64,000 bases of DNA from an uncultured Gammaproteobacteria bacterium (GCA_964486995.1 CAZAOV010000003.1:686-64685), one strand, 5' to 3'. Shown: positions 38,061-47,662, numbered from the stretch's first letter. Notes: generated by a model not told the origin, from the sequence alone. A program made the numbers and translations.

Positions 38061-38723
38061 ATGTTCAGAATCAGAAAACCAAAAGTTAATCGCATCGTGT
38101 TGATATTGGTTTACGCCGATATGATTTTTTATACCGCGGTCGGGTTGGTTTCTCCGATTGTGGCCATTTTCTATGCCGATCACATCCAAGGTGGAAACAT
38201 CGCCCTGGCTGGCTTGGCCACCGCAGTTTTTTGGGTTGTTAAATCGGGAGTGCAGATTCCGGTTTCTTTGTATGCCGACAACAAAAAGGGTGAGCGAGAT
38301 GATTTCGCCATGATGGTAGTAGGCTTCTTCATATCAGCCTTGGTGCCGTTTTTTTACTTCCTGTTCGTCACCGAGGTTTGGCAGGTGTATCTGATGGAAG
38401 TGATACGCGGTATTGGTTACGCTTTGGCGGTACCAACGTACTTAGCCATATTTACTCGACACATTGATCAGCAAAAAGAAAATTTCGAGTGGACGCTACA
38501 CAGCAATGCGGTTGGTCTGGGATACGCCGCCGCGGCTGCGGTCGGTGGAATATTGGCCGAGCGGTTTGGTTTTGGCGTGATGTTCCTGATTACATCCATA
38601 TTAATGTTCCTCGCCCCGGTGGCGCTTTTATTCATTAAAAAAGACATTGATCGTTCTGACGGCTTCGACGGCGTTAATCCGAGTATCGGAATGAAACGCG
38701 AGAAGCTTCCAAGACATTTATAA
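38061..38723 (+). CDS. Half-size (6-TM) MFS transporter
   Basis: Six TM segments and MFS-like loops (YADNKKG, GGILAERFGF). Confidence 0.75.
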   Translation: MFRIRKPKVNRIVLILVYADMIFYTAVGLVSPIVAIFYADHIQGGNIALAGLATAVFWVVKSGVQIPVSLYADNKKGERDDFAMMVVGFFISALVPFFYFLFVTEVWQVYLMEVIRGIGYALAVPTYLAIFTRHIDQQKENFEWTLHSNAVGLGYAAAAAVGGILAERFGFGVMFLITSILMFLAPVALLFIKKDIDRSDGFDGVNPSIGMKREKLPRHL

Positions 38724-38731
38724 TTATCCAT

Positions 38732-39424
38732 ATGGGCGCACTCTGGCACGACTATCTTTATACACCCCTGTTAAATTTTTTGATTTTTTTGTATAACGGT
38801 CCGGCGTTCGGCAATCTCGGTGTGGCCATTATCGAGCTGACCATTTTATTGCGTCTGTTGCTGCTGCCGTTATCTATCCTGGATGAACGAAATCGGTATC
38901 GTTTTGAGAGGTTGGATCGGTATGTGCAAACCATCAAGCAGGACTTCAAGGATGACCAGATAAAGATGAAAGAGAAGGTGCGTGAGCTGTTACGGCAACA
39001 TAAGGTGAACTATTGGTCTAAGGTTGGTCTGCTCGGCATTCAGCTGTTGGTGCTGGTTTTGTTGTATCAGGTTTTTGTTGGCGGTATTGAATTCACCAAG
39101 CACGAAGAGCTGTTTTCTTGGGTGCAGATACCGGAAAAGATAAACACATTTTTCTTAGGTTTTGATATCGGTAAACGCAGCATGTTTTGGGCCGCAATAG
39201 TGGCAGCGTTATTGTTTACAAAGATATATACTGAGCAAAAGCAACGGGTGCATTTGGTGACTAAGTCCGACATCATGTACCTGTTCACATTTCCGTTGTT
39301 CACATTTGTAATTTTGGCCGTTCTGCCGATGGTCAAGGCACTTTTTATTCTGACCACGATGATATTCACCATGGTAGTGTTCGGTTTGCGAAAGGCGCTG
39401 TTCAAGGTAAAATTACCTGAGTAA
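38732..39424 (+). CDS. YidC/Oxa1-family membrane insertase-like protein
   Basis: GNLGVAII.LTILLRLLLLPL, a coiled coil, IQLLVL..LYQVF. Confidence 0.75.
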   Translation: MGALWHDYLYTPLLNFLIFLYNGPAFGNLGVAIIELTILLRLLLLPLSILDERNRYRFERLDRYVQTIKQDFKDDQIKMKEKVRELLRQHKVNYWSKVGLLGIQLLVLVLLYQVFVGGIEFTKHEELFSWVQIPEKINTFFLGFDIGKRSMFWAAIVAALLFTKIYTEQKQRVHLVTKSDIMYLFTFPLFTFVILAVLPMVKALFILTTMIFTMVVFGLRKALFKVKLPE

Positions 39425-39589
39425 AAAATTAGCTCTAATTAGCCAAGCATAAGTCAAATTTGCAACTAAAACTCTTGACAAATAGGCCGTCCTGTGGCTA
39501 AGCTGATTTATCACGTTAATGCATAAATCAGGGGGATTGTATAATGTGTCGGCGACAGGCTACGCATAGCTAGTTCCCGATTGTAATAT

Positions 39590-40219
39590 ATGTCCGAAAG
39601 TTTGGATAAAATGATGTATTCGTTTGTCGTTGAGGATGTCCTCAAGGGCTTGTTTGTGTACGTGCCGCCGGGCTATGTGGCTTGCGTGTACGATTTAGGT
39701 AGGGGGGTGTTGAAAAAGGTTTATACACCAGGATTGCATTTGAAGATTCCGTTTTGGCAGAAGGCCAAGCTGTTTAACACGCAGACTCTGGAGTACTCGG
39801 TTACCAAATCATTCAACGCCGATAATCTGCAGTCCATGGGTGACGTGCCGATTGTGGCGCAGACTCGCGACGGAAAGCGAATTTCTGTGGAGGGTACGGT
39901 GCTGCTGCGTTTGGACATCAATCAGATTCCGATGATTTGGCAGACCATTGGTGAGGATTTTGTCTCAAAGATTGTGCGGCCTACCATTCGGTCGCGCATG
40001 CGCATGATAGCGTCGCGCTACGATCATAACGATGTCGCTTCCATGCGGCGTGACTCGGTAGAGGTCGAGGCTAAGAATGAACTGGAGCGAATCTTCTACC
40101 CGCGCGGCATTTTTGTGGAGAACGTACTATTGTCAGAAATCAATCATGTGAGCGGTGAAAACGAGAAGAAGGAGGAAGATGATGTGCCGCAGACCACTCG
40201 CGAGATGCATTTCGCGTAA
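39590..40219 (+). CDS. SPFH/prohibitin domain protein (short)
   Basis: VPPGY..PGLHLKIPF, TRDG, IVRPTIRS, GIFVENVLL. Confidence 0.8.
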   Translation: MSESLDKMMYSFVVEDVLKGLFVYVPPGYVACVYDLGRGVLKKVYTPGLHLKIPFWQKAKLFNTQTLEYSVTKSFNADNLQSMGDVPIVAQTRDGKRISVEGTVLLRLDINQIPMIWQTIGEDFVSKIVRPTIRSRMRMIASRYDHNDVASMRRDSVEVEAKNELERIFYPRGIFVENVLLSEINHVSGENEKKEEDDVPQTTREMHFA

Positions 40220-40291
40220 TGAGCTAGAGATTAAAAAACAGCCTCCGCGAGGAGGTTGTTTTGATAGAATGTTTTTTGCCCTACATGGTTA

Positions 40292-40371
40292 TCATTCCCG
40301 CGAAGGCGGGAATCCATGATTCATCAGCTAGAGCGTTTCCGCACCGTGGATTCCCGCCTTCGCGGGAATGA
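40292..40371. repeat. dRS3/RPE-like palindromic repeat (family C)
   Basis: 25-bp perfect inverted repeat TCATTCCCGCGAAGGCGGGAATCCA with a 30-nt spacer. Each arm is itself ATTCCC-N8-GGGAAT. Confidence 0.85.
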
Positions 40372-40394
40372 CAGTGTCATCGAGTCATTTTTTT

Positions 40395-41342
40395 ATGAAA
40401 CCACGCACAAAAATTATTGTTTTAATTATCGTCGCGGTTATGGTGATTTGGCTTTCGATTGCTTCAAATCAGGAGGCGTATGTCCCACCGGCGCGCGAAA
40501 GCAAAATTCCAGACGACATCGAAAAGATGACACCGGAGCTGGATCCGCTTCCGCCGATTTTACATTCGGATGAATTCGAGACGCCGGTACCGCTTGCGGT
40601 AATTAATACCGCCGGCGGGGAAGATTCAGCGTTCATCCCAGAAAGCGGCGATGAGTTGTATTTCTTTTTTACACCCGACGTGCGCGTACCGGTCGAACGG
40701 CAGGTTACCGATGAGGTCACCGGAATCTATGTCTCCAGGGACATCGACGGTGCCTGGCAGGAGCCAACCCGAGTCATGCTGCAAAAACCAGGTAAGCCTT
40801 CGCTCGACGGTTGCCAGTTCGTGCAGGGTGACTACATGTTGTTTTGCTCTGTGCGCGAGGGCTATGCCGGAATACATTGGTTTTCCGCCGAGCGTAAGAA
40901 TAATCGGTGGGTGAACTGGCGGCTGGAAGATTTCGATCCAGAATACGACGTCGGCGAACTTCATATCCACGGTGACGAGCTTTATTACCACTCGCACTAT
41001 CCCGGCAACCAAGCTGACTATAATATATGGAAGATGAAGCGCGTTGACGGTGAGTGGCAGAATTCGGTGCTAGTCACAGCAGTGAGTTCTAATGTAAATG
41101 ACGGTTGGCCGTACATCACTCCAGACGGCAGCGAACTCTGGTTCACTCGCTGGCATTCCGGCTCGCCGGCGATATTTCGCTCCAAACGCGTGCAAGACCA
41201 GTGGCAAGAATCTGAACTAATAGTCTCCCAATTCGCCGGCGAACCAACTCTCGATCGCGACGGCAATCTATATTTCACGCATCATTACTACGAGAATGGC
41301 GAGATGCTCGATGCTGATATCTACGTCGCCTACAAAAAATAG
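40395..41342 (+). CDS. Membrane-anchored TolB/PD40-like beta-propeller protein
   Basis: TM; repeats INT.GGEDSAFI..SGDELYF, DGWPYITPDGSELWF, EPTLDRDGNLYF. Confidence 0.7.
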   Translation: MKPRTKIIVLIIVAVMVIWLSIASNQEAYVPPARESKIPDDIEKMTPELDPLPPILHSDEFETPVPLAVINTAGGEDSAFIPESGDELYFFFTPDVRVPVERQVTDEVTGIYVSRDIDGAWQEPTRVMLQKPGKPSLDGCQFVQGDYMLFCSVREGYAGIHWFSAERKNNRWVNWRLEDFDPEYDVGELHIHGDELYYHSHYPGNQADYNIWKMKRVDGEWQNSVLVTAVSSNVNDGWPYITPDGSELWFTRWHSGSPAIFRSKRVQDQWQESELIVSQFAGEPTLDRDGNLYFTHHYYENGEMLDADIYVAYKK

Positions 41343-41394
41343 TCGGGCAAGACGATTTAGCGCAAGGTATTTTTAAGTGTTATTATTGAGTGGT

Positions 41395-42189
41395 ATGCGG
41401 CTAAAGTTATACAACACACAATTCAAGTTGGCGTGGCAGGACGCGCTGGAGTATCGGCTGAACACGCTGGTTTTTTTTGGGATTGCCGCGCTTGGGGTAA
41501 TCTCGATGTATTTTTTGTGGGGTGAGGTGTTTTCAGACCGTGTAAAAATTCTTGGCTATACTCGCAACGAAATAATCACTTACTACATCATGGTGACCTA
41601 TGTGATAAATACGTCCTTTGCCGGAAATCCGATCGGTAATCACATTCGTACGGGGCAATTGTCTTCGGTCTTGGCTGAACCGGTTAATTACCTGTGGTTG
41701 ACATATTTGGAAGGTTTGGGCAATCGTCTTTTTAGACTGCTGGTCGGGTTACCGGTGGTGGTCGCACTGTTTATCGTATTAAGTGATAGCGTTTTTATTC
41801 CGACCGATCCGCGTGGATATATCGCATTGATTGCGGCTGCCTTTAGCGCTCTCAACATTCTATTCTTGATAGACAGCATTGTTTTGTCGATCGAGTTTTG
41901 GGTGCTGAACGCCGGTAACGTGTTTTGGGTAATCGAAATTATAGTTTACCTGTTCTCAGGGTTTATGATTCCACTGGTGTTTTTACCGGATTGGCTGCAG
42001 ACTGTGGCGGCACTGCTGCCGTTTAAATATGTTGCCAGTTTTCCCGTGGATGCGTTTATGGGTCGTTTACCTTGGAATGAGGTGCTGGCTGGATTGGCAA
42101 TTCAGGTGGTTTGGACTCTGGTGCTGATTGTGATTTTGACTTTGATTTGGCGGCGCGGTATTAAGCGTTTTGAATCTTTCAGCGGTTAA
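41395..42189 (+). CDS. ABC-2 type permease
   Basis: LEYR, IRTGQLS..L..PV, FSG..IPL.FLP. Confidence 0.85.
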   Translation: MRLKLYNTQFKLAWQDALEYRLNTLVFFGIAALGVISMYFLWGEVFSDRVKILGYTRNEIITYYIMVTYVINTSFAGNPIGNHIRTGQLSSVLAEPVNYLWLTYLEGLGNRLFRLLVGLPVVVALFIVLSDSVFIPTDPRGYIALIAAAFSALNILFLIDSIVLSIEFWVLNAGNVFWVIEIIVYLFSGFMIPLVFLPDWLQTVAALLPFKYVASFPVDAFMGRLPWNEVLAGLAIQVVWTLVLIVILTLIWRRGIKRFESFSG

Positions 42190-42190
42190 T

Positions 42191-42982
42191 ATGATAGCGG
42201 GATTAAAACATCACAGCATGGTACTGCTACAGACCGTTCGACTACAACTGATGAGTCTGATGGAGGACCGGATATTCTTTGTTGCGTTTACTGTCGGCTC
42301 AATTGCCGGCATTCTGCTGAATGTTGTTTTGTTTCAGGCGATTTGGGGGCAGGTTAATACTTTGGCCGGATGGACATTGCCCGAAGCGTACGTGCTCTTG
42401 GGTACTTGGCAGTTGGTCGAGAACATTTCATGGATGACCTTTTTGCGCGGCTTGAATCGGGTATCATATTGGGTGCGCAACGGAGAGTTTGATAGGTTTC
42501 TAGTGATACCTCTTAAAACTAAGACATATATCTCCTATAGATTTGCAAATGTTACTATGTCGTTGCCCGCCTTGGTAACATCTTGTTTGCTGATTGCTTA
42601 CGGCATAATTCAAGCCGAGATGTCATTGAATCCGCTTGGCTTTGCGGCCTTGTTATTATGTGGACTAGCCATGAATTTTGCGATCCGCACCATTGTTGCG
42701 GCAGTCAGCATCACTAACCCAGTTGAATCGCCGTTTTATCTGACGTCCGAGTTGATGCATCTCGGTAAATATCCGCTGCAAATTTATCGTGGTTTGACCA
42801 AGCACATCCTGACATTTCTGGTTCCGGTTGGAATTATGGTCACCGTTCCGGTCAGAACTCTTTTTGGAACCGCTACCATGACAGAAATAATAACCGCAGT
42901 AATCGTAGCCGCTACTTTTTATCTATTTTCCGATTGGCTGTTCACTCATCAGCTTCGTCGATATGAAAGCTCGCACGGGTAA
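42191..42982 (+). CDS. ABC-2 type permease
   Basis: LAGWT, VRNGEFDRFL..P, KYPL.IY. Confidence 0.85.
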   Translation: MIAGLKHHSMVLLQTVRLQLMSLMEDRIFFVAFTVGSIAGILLNVVLFQAIWGQVNTLAGWTLPEAYVLLGTWQLVENISWMTFLRGLNRVSYWVRNGEFDRFLVIPLKTKTYISYRFANVTMSLPALVTSCLLIAYGIIQAEMSLNPLGFAALLLCGLAMNFAIRTIVAAVSITNPVESPFYLTSELMHLGKYPLQIYRGLTKHILTFLVPVGIMVTVPVRTLFGTATMTEIITAVIVAATFYLFSDWLFTHQLRRYESSHG

Positions 42983-42987
42983 ACCAT

Positions 42988-43986
42988 ATGCCTGAAAAAA
43001 GAACAATTATCAGCGTTAAGAATCTCGTGAAGGATTTTCGCTATCACGAGAAAGCCGAAGGCTTGCGCGGGTCTTTGGTCGCGTTGGTGAAACGCAAAAA
43101 GAAGAATAAGCATGCGGTGCGAAATATTTCGTTTAAGATTCGTCGCGGTGAGTTTGTCGGTTTTATCGGGCCCAACGGAGCGGGTAAGACTACCACGCTG
43201 AAGGTGCTGTCTGGAATATTGACCGCGACTTCCGGCGATGTTCGGGTATTGGGTTTTAATCCAGCTAAACGGGAAAACGATTTTCGTCGGCAGATTTCTA
43301 TCGTGCTCGGCACCAAAGAAAATCTATATCCTACTTTGCCGCCAACCGAATCATTCGAACTGCATCGGTTGATATATGGTGTATCCAAAGATGATTACAA
43401 ACGTCGGCTTAAGCGTTTGGCCAAACTGCTGAACGTCGAAGAATATTTACATCGTCAAACTCGTAAACTTTCATTGGGACAGCGCATGAAGTGCGAGCTG
43501 ATTCAGTCTCTGCTCCATGACCCGAAGGTGTTGTTCTTGGATGAACCGACTATCGGTTTGGACGTATTGTCGCAGCGCCGTATTCGAAAATTCTTAACCG
43601 AATACAACCAGCGAAAAGGGACGACCATAATTTTGACTTCGCACAATATGGACGACGTAGAGGACTTGTGCGCGCGGTTGATTATCATTAACGAAGGTGA
43701 GATTGGTTATGATGGATCGCTTGATAAAATCATTCACGATTACAGTAAGGTGAGGTACATTAGTGCGCGTTTTGGGCATGCGGTTCTGCGCGAAAAGTTA
43801 GAGACACTAGGAGATGTGGTCGAGTATTCACCGCTCGAAGTGCAACTGTGTGTACCGACTGCGGACATCCCAAAAAGAATTAATGAATTGACCACACGGT
43901 TTGATGTGAAAGATATTGGACTCCAAGACGTGCATCTGGAAGAAATTGTCAGCGATATTTTCGTCAAAGCCGAACATAATGAATAA
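42988..43986 (+). CDS. ABC transporter ATP-binding subunit
   Basis: GPNGAGKTT, LSLGQRMK, LDEPTIGLD. Confidence 0.92.
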   Translation: MPEKRTIISVKNLVKDFRYHEKAEGLRGSLVALVKRKKKNKHAVRNISFKIRRGEFVGFIGPNGAGKTTTLKVLSGILTATSGDVRVLGFNPAKRENDFRRQISIVLGTKENLYPTLPPTESFELHRLIYGVSKDDYKRRLKRLAKLLNVEEYLHRQTRKLSLGQRMKCELIQSLLHDPKVLFLDEPTIGLDVLSQRRIRKFLTEYNQRKGTTIILTSHNMDDVEDLCARLIIINEGEIGYDGSLDKIIHDYSKVRYISARFGHAVLREKLETLGDVVEYSPLEVQLCVPTADIPKRINELTTRFDVKDIGLQDVHLEEIVSDIFVKAEHNE

Positions 43987-44225
43987 TGACAGATCCAGAA
44001 CGCAATCGCGAAAACAAAGAATTACATTGGGAAAAACGCCGGCTGGCCGAACGCATCGAGAAAGACTTGCGAGAGCGGCTGAACGCCGGTAAGGAAACCA
44101 TGCCCGACATGGTGACCTGCCCCAACCAGTCATGTCGCTATCCGTTGCGGGTGAAATTTTTCGGGGACCGTGTCGAAGTCACCTGCCAGAACTGCGACTT
44201 CAGGCGAATCATCAAAAAGGATTAA
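43986..44225 (+). CDS. Small zinc-ribbon protein
   Basis: CPNQSC...CQNC; overlaps the ABC ATPase stop. Confidence 0.55.
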   Translation: MTDPERNRENKELHWEKRRLAERIEKDLRERLNAGKETMPDMVTCPNQSCRYPLRVKFFGDRVEVTCQNCDFRRIIKKD

Positions 44226-44266
44226 TAAAAAAGACCACCGGCGGGTGGTCGTTTTAATGTTGAAGT

Positions 44267-45061
44267 TCATTTTTCGTCAGGTTCGTGACTCCAGCCCCTC
44301 TCGGTCTCGCACATACCGGTTATGGTGGTCATGAAATCGATGGTCAGCTTCATGGCGTGATACATCGGTTCGTTGATGCATACCAGAGTGGCGCAGTCCT
44401 CGTCGTCGCTCGTCTCTTCGGTCGGCAGCATGCCGGCCAGGCAGACACCCACCGCCTTGAGGTTGGTAAACGTATCCTTGTCGAAACCGACTCGAATGTC
44501 CAGACGTTCCACTGGCTCGGTCGGCTCCTCGCAACTGCAGTTTGGTCGGCCACAACCGGTGCCTCCCTTGCTGATGCAGTTGGGTCCGCAGTCGTGACTC
44601 TCGGAGCATTCGTGGTCGTGTGACTCGTCGCAGTCGTCGGCCTGGTCGCAATTGCTGCAATCGCCATCGCATTGATGCTGTTGCGCCGAGTAGGAGAAGA
44701 CCCGCCAGCGCGCATCGATTACGATGTTTACATGGTCCGCGATGTTGTATCGAGTACGTACGGCGCGCTCGAATAGGAACAAGAGCGCATTGATGAGTAG
44801 TGCGTGCGGGCGCATGCGCGGTAGATGGTTGGCATTTGGGTCGTCCGGCTGCCGCGAGATTTCCACCGCCCGCTCACGCGCATCGACGAACAGCGCATAC
44901 AAGCGCTTGATCTCCGGTTCGGTAATCGTGCAGAGCTGCTGAAAATTTGGCTCGTCGTCGAGTTCTGGCGTCTTGGTCGGCGCTACCCCCGTGTCGGCAT
45001 CAAGGCGCAGATTCTGCGCCAGTCGATCAACGGTGGACTTGGTGAGCATCCACATGGACAT
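44267..45061 (-). CDS. Hypothetical protein with Cys/His/Asp-rich metallothionein-like segment (paralog 3)
   Basis: GGAGG SD; CDGDCSNC..C..HDHEC..HDC..C..C..CSC. Confidence 0.7.
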   Translation of the reverse strand: MSMWMLTKSTVDRLAQNLRLDADTGVAPTKTPELDDEPNFQQLCTITEPEIKRLYALFVDARERAVEISRQPDDPNANHLPRMRPHALLINALLFLFERAVRTRYNIADHVNIVIDARWRVFSYSAQQHQCDGDCSNCDQADDCDESHDHECSESHDCGPNCISKGGTGCGRPNCSCEEPTEPVERLDIRVGFDKDTFTNLKAVGVCLAGMLPTEETSDDEDCATLVCINEPMYHAMKLTIDFMTTITGMCETERGWSHEPDEK

Positions 45062-45157
45062 TCAGCCTCCTTTCAATGAACAGTTTTTAGGTTACGCCCG
45101 CAATGAGGCAACGTCAATAATGACAAAATTACCCGAGTAAATCGGGTGATGTGCTGA

Positions 45158-45532
45158 CTATTTTGTCAGGTCGAGCGCAATCACTTGCCAGCCCTGAACA
45201 GTCCAGATATTTGAATCTTGGACATCGAGAAGTTTGGGCCGGCGTCGGCGGAGGCCGTAGTAGAACGTCGTGCGGATAGCATCGATGGCGAAACTGGCCT
45301 GCTTGATACGACGAACGTCTTCCTCGGGTGGTTGATACTCGCCCGTGCCGACGTCGCAGATGGAAAGGTGTTCGGCGATTTCCGTCCCGCCAAAGTGGTA
45401 GTAGCTATATAGCCGCTTGAGATCGTCGTCGTCGATGGCACCAATCAAGTGACACGTGGGTGATCCACCCGTTGATGCAGTTCTGGTTCTACGATTTTGG
45501 TGCTGGCGACATCTTTTTCGAGATATCGCCAT
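45158..45532 (-). CDS. Hypothetical protein (paralog 2, divergent)
   Basis: IGAIDDDDLKRLYS...GWQV resembles both neighbours. Confidence 0.5.
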   Translation of the reverse strand: MAISRKRCRQHQNRRTRTASTGGSPTCHLIGAIDDDDLKRLYSYYHFGGTEIAEHLSICDVGTGEYQPPEEDVRRIKQASFAIDAIRTTFYYGLRRRRPKLLDVQDSNIWTVQGWQVIALDLTK

Positions 45533-45546
45533 TATTTAAATATGTC

Positions 45547-46017
45547 TTACTCCTTTACTTCTTCGTCAGTGCCTGACGATTGCTCCGGCTTATTCTGTTT
45601 TCCCGCAGCCGGACAAGCCGCCGAGCAGCTGCCACACATCGAGGGCGGGGAAGTGGAATATACTCGCCAACCTTCCACCACCACGATTTCGCGTGAGTCC
45701 GTAATGTCATAAGTGAATCGCATGTCAGCATCGAGCAGAAGCTTGAACGACTGCATGATATTCATCCACCGACGCAAACCAATCGCGTCCGCATCTTCCG
45801 GATTTGTCGCTTGGCGACGCAGGCGATGCATCGTCAATGCCTGCTCGCGCGCTTGCTGTATCAACGAATACATCTGCTGGGCACCGTTCGCATCCAGCAC
45901 TCCATGAAACTGAATATCCGGAATCTTCTCATACTCATCCGGATCATCCGGAGCCAACACAATGTCCGAATCCAACCCATGCATCCCAGCCAACGCCTCA
46001 ACGATGTCCTTGCGCAT
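45547..46017 (-). CDS. Hypothetical protein with CxxCxxxC tail (paralog 1)
   Basis: GGAGG SD; aligns by eye with the N-terminal half of 44267-45061. Confidence 0.7.
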   Translation of the reverse strand: MRKDIVEALAGMHGLDSDIVLAPDDPDEYEKIPDIQFHGVLDANGAQQMYSLIQQAREQALTMHRLRRQATNPEDADAIGLRRWMNIMQSFKLLLDADMRFTYDITDSREIVVVEGWRVYSTSPPSMCGSCSAACPAAGKQNKPEQSSGTDEEVKE

Positions 46018-46136
46018 ATCTCCTCCGTTTTAATGGACGGACTTACATTATATATAAGCGCATTTTGACGTCAAACATCAGGAGATAAAATAACCCGGCT
46101 ATTTTGGGGATTATATAGACAGGCCACCGCATGGGC

Positions 46137-46165
46137 TTGACGTTTTTATGAGGTGGCCTTATTAT
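46137..46165 (+). promoter_or_regulatory. Sigma70 promoter of the hrcA operon
   Basis: TTGACG-N17-TATTAT immediately before CIRCE. Confidence 0.75.
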
Positions 46166-46169
46166 GCCA

Positions 46170-46196
46170 TTAGCAGTCCATGGGTTAGACTGCTAA
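46170..46196 (+). promoter_or_regulatory. CIRCE operator (variant)
   Basis: TTAGCAGTC-N9-GACTGCTAA versus consensus TTAGCACTC-N9-GAGTGCTAA; upstream of hrcA. Confidence 0.9.
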
Positions 46197-46208
46197 TCCA
46201 TTAATATC

Positions 46209-46268
46209 CTGCCTGTCTGTACTTTCTTGAGTACAGACAGGCAGTACTTGAGAAAGTACAGACAGGCA
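46209..46268. repeat. Nested inverted/direct repeat in the hrcA leader
   Basis: TGCCTGTCTGTAC can pair with either of two GTACAGACAGGCA copies. Confidence 0.75.
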
Positions 46269-46275
46269 AGAATGC

Positions 46276-46977
46276 ATGAGCGACTCACCAGAAAAAAGAA
46301 AGCTGCGCATACTGAAGGCTGTGGTGCGCGAGTATTTGGAGACGGCCGAACCAGTCAGCTCTGGAGCTTTAGTTTCTAAATACGACTTGGGAGTTTCGCC
46401 GGCGACGGTTCGTAATGATATGGTCGAGCTGACCGAACGCGGATTACTGGAACAGCCGCACACTTCGGCTGGACGTCGGCCGACCGAAGCTGGGTATCGG
46501 CTGTATGTGCAGGAGTTCGTCGGCGACGGCATTCGAATTATGGAAGACGTGATTTGTCAGGTGCAGTTCATGGCTGCGGAACTGGCTCGCCAGCGCAAAG
46601 CCGCAGCGCAGCATTTTGCACGCTATGTGTCCGAGCTTACCGGCGAGACCGCGTTCGTCAGTTATAACGATGCGGTGTTTATGACTGGTGTCAGCAACCT
46701 CTTCCGCAAGCCGGAGTTCCGCACGCTCGAATTAATGCAGGACTTCTCGGTCATGTTCGACCAGATTGATGACTTGGTGCGTGACGTGCGGCCGCGAATG
46801 AACGCCGATATTGCTATTTATATCGGTCGGGAAAACCCTTTCTGTCCACGGCTATCGTCGGTGCTGACCAGTTGGGATCGGGGTGAGGGTCTAATTGGCA
46901 TCATCGGTCCGACTCGTATGGACTATGAATTAAACGTTGGCGTCATGCGTCAGGTGCATGAGGCTTTGGAGACATAA
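46276..46977 (+). CDS. hrcA: Heat-inducible transcription repressor HrcA (short form)
   Basis: EPVSS..SPATVRNDM..L..PHTSAGR.PT..GYRLYV; GIIGPTRMDY. Confidence 0.92.
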   Translation: MSDSPEKRKLRILKAVVREYLETAEPVSSGALVSKYDLGVSPATVRNDMVELTERGLLEQPHTSAGRRPTEAGYRLYVQEFVGDGIRIMEDVICQVQFMAAELARQRKAAAQHFARYVSELTGETAFVSYNDAVFMTGVSNLFRKPEFRTLELMQDFSVMFDQIDDLVRDVRPRMNADIAIYIGRENPFCPRLSSVLTSWDRGEGLIGIIGPTRMDYELNVGVMRQVHEALET

Positions 46978-46989
46978 CTACTTATATAT

Positions 46990-47529
46990 ATGGACGAGGA
47001 GAATAACAAAAAAGATTCGAGCACTGATGGATCGAGTGAAGGAGTGAAGGAGAAAAAGAGTGAAGGAGATGGGTGTCAGTGCGAGCAGATGACCGAGGTG
47101 AAGATTGTGGAGGAGAACCTCGATTACAAAGACGCTCATGCGCGCGCGGTGGCCGACTACGATAATTTGAAGAAAGAAACCGCTCGGTTGCGTAGCGAAT
47201 ATGCGCGGTATGCGGCTTGTGAGGTGGTCGAACAGATGCTGCCGGTGCTGGATAATCTGAATAAGGCACTCGAGCAGGCTCCGGAAGAATGCGCCCGATG
47301 GGTGGACGGCATCAAGCTCATTCGTGAGCAGTTTCAGAAAGTGATGGAGGCAGCAGGCGTTCAACCGCTTGGCGCGGAAGGCGAGGAGTTCGATCCCGTC
47401 ATTCACGAGGCGCTCATGCGTGAGGAACGTGAGGGCATCAAATCAGACACCGTAGTCCAGGTCATCGAACCCGGCTACAAAATGCACGATAAAACATTAA
47501 GACCCGCCAAGGTAATAGTGGCGGAATAG
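46990..47529 (+). CDS. grpE: Nucleotide exchange factor GrpE
   Basis: ADYDNLKK, LPVLDNL, FDPVIHEAL, GY..HDK.LRPAKVIV. Confidence 0.93.
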   Translation: MDEENNKKDSSTDGSSEGVKEKKSEGDGCQCEQMTEVKIVEENLDYKDAHARAVADYDNLKKETARLRSEYARYAACEVVEQMLPVLDNLNKALEQAPEECARWVDGIKLIREQFQKVMEAAGVQPLGAEGEEFDPVIHEALMREEREGIKSDTVVQVIEPGYKMHDKTLRPAKVIVAE

Positions 47530-47544
47530 AATAATCATCAATGC

Positions 47545-47635
47545 TGTCGTCCTGAGCGAAGCGCCAGGATCCCGTTGATTCAAGGTGAGCGTTCATCTTG
47601 CTGTCACGGGATCGTCAGCTACGCTCGCGATGACA
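47545..47635. repeat. Degenerate GTC...GAC-terminated palindromic repeat between grpE and dnaK
   Basis: TGTCGTCCTGAGCGAAGCG..GGATCCCG ... CGGGATC..GCTACGCTCGCGATGACA. Confidence 0.6.
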
Positions 47636-47662
47636 TATAGAAATGAACGAACAATTAATGAT

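Noticed and set aside
47585-47662. N-terminal extension of DnaK in the ORF track (similar extensions for pgsA-like, DUF362 and cysS)
   Set aside because: The extension runs through a repeat or promoter region. The conserved protein begins at the downstream ATG.
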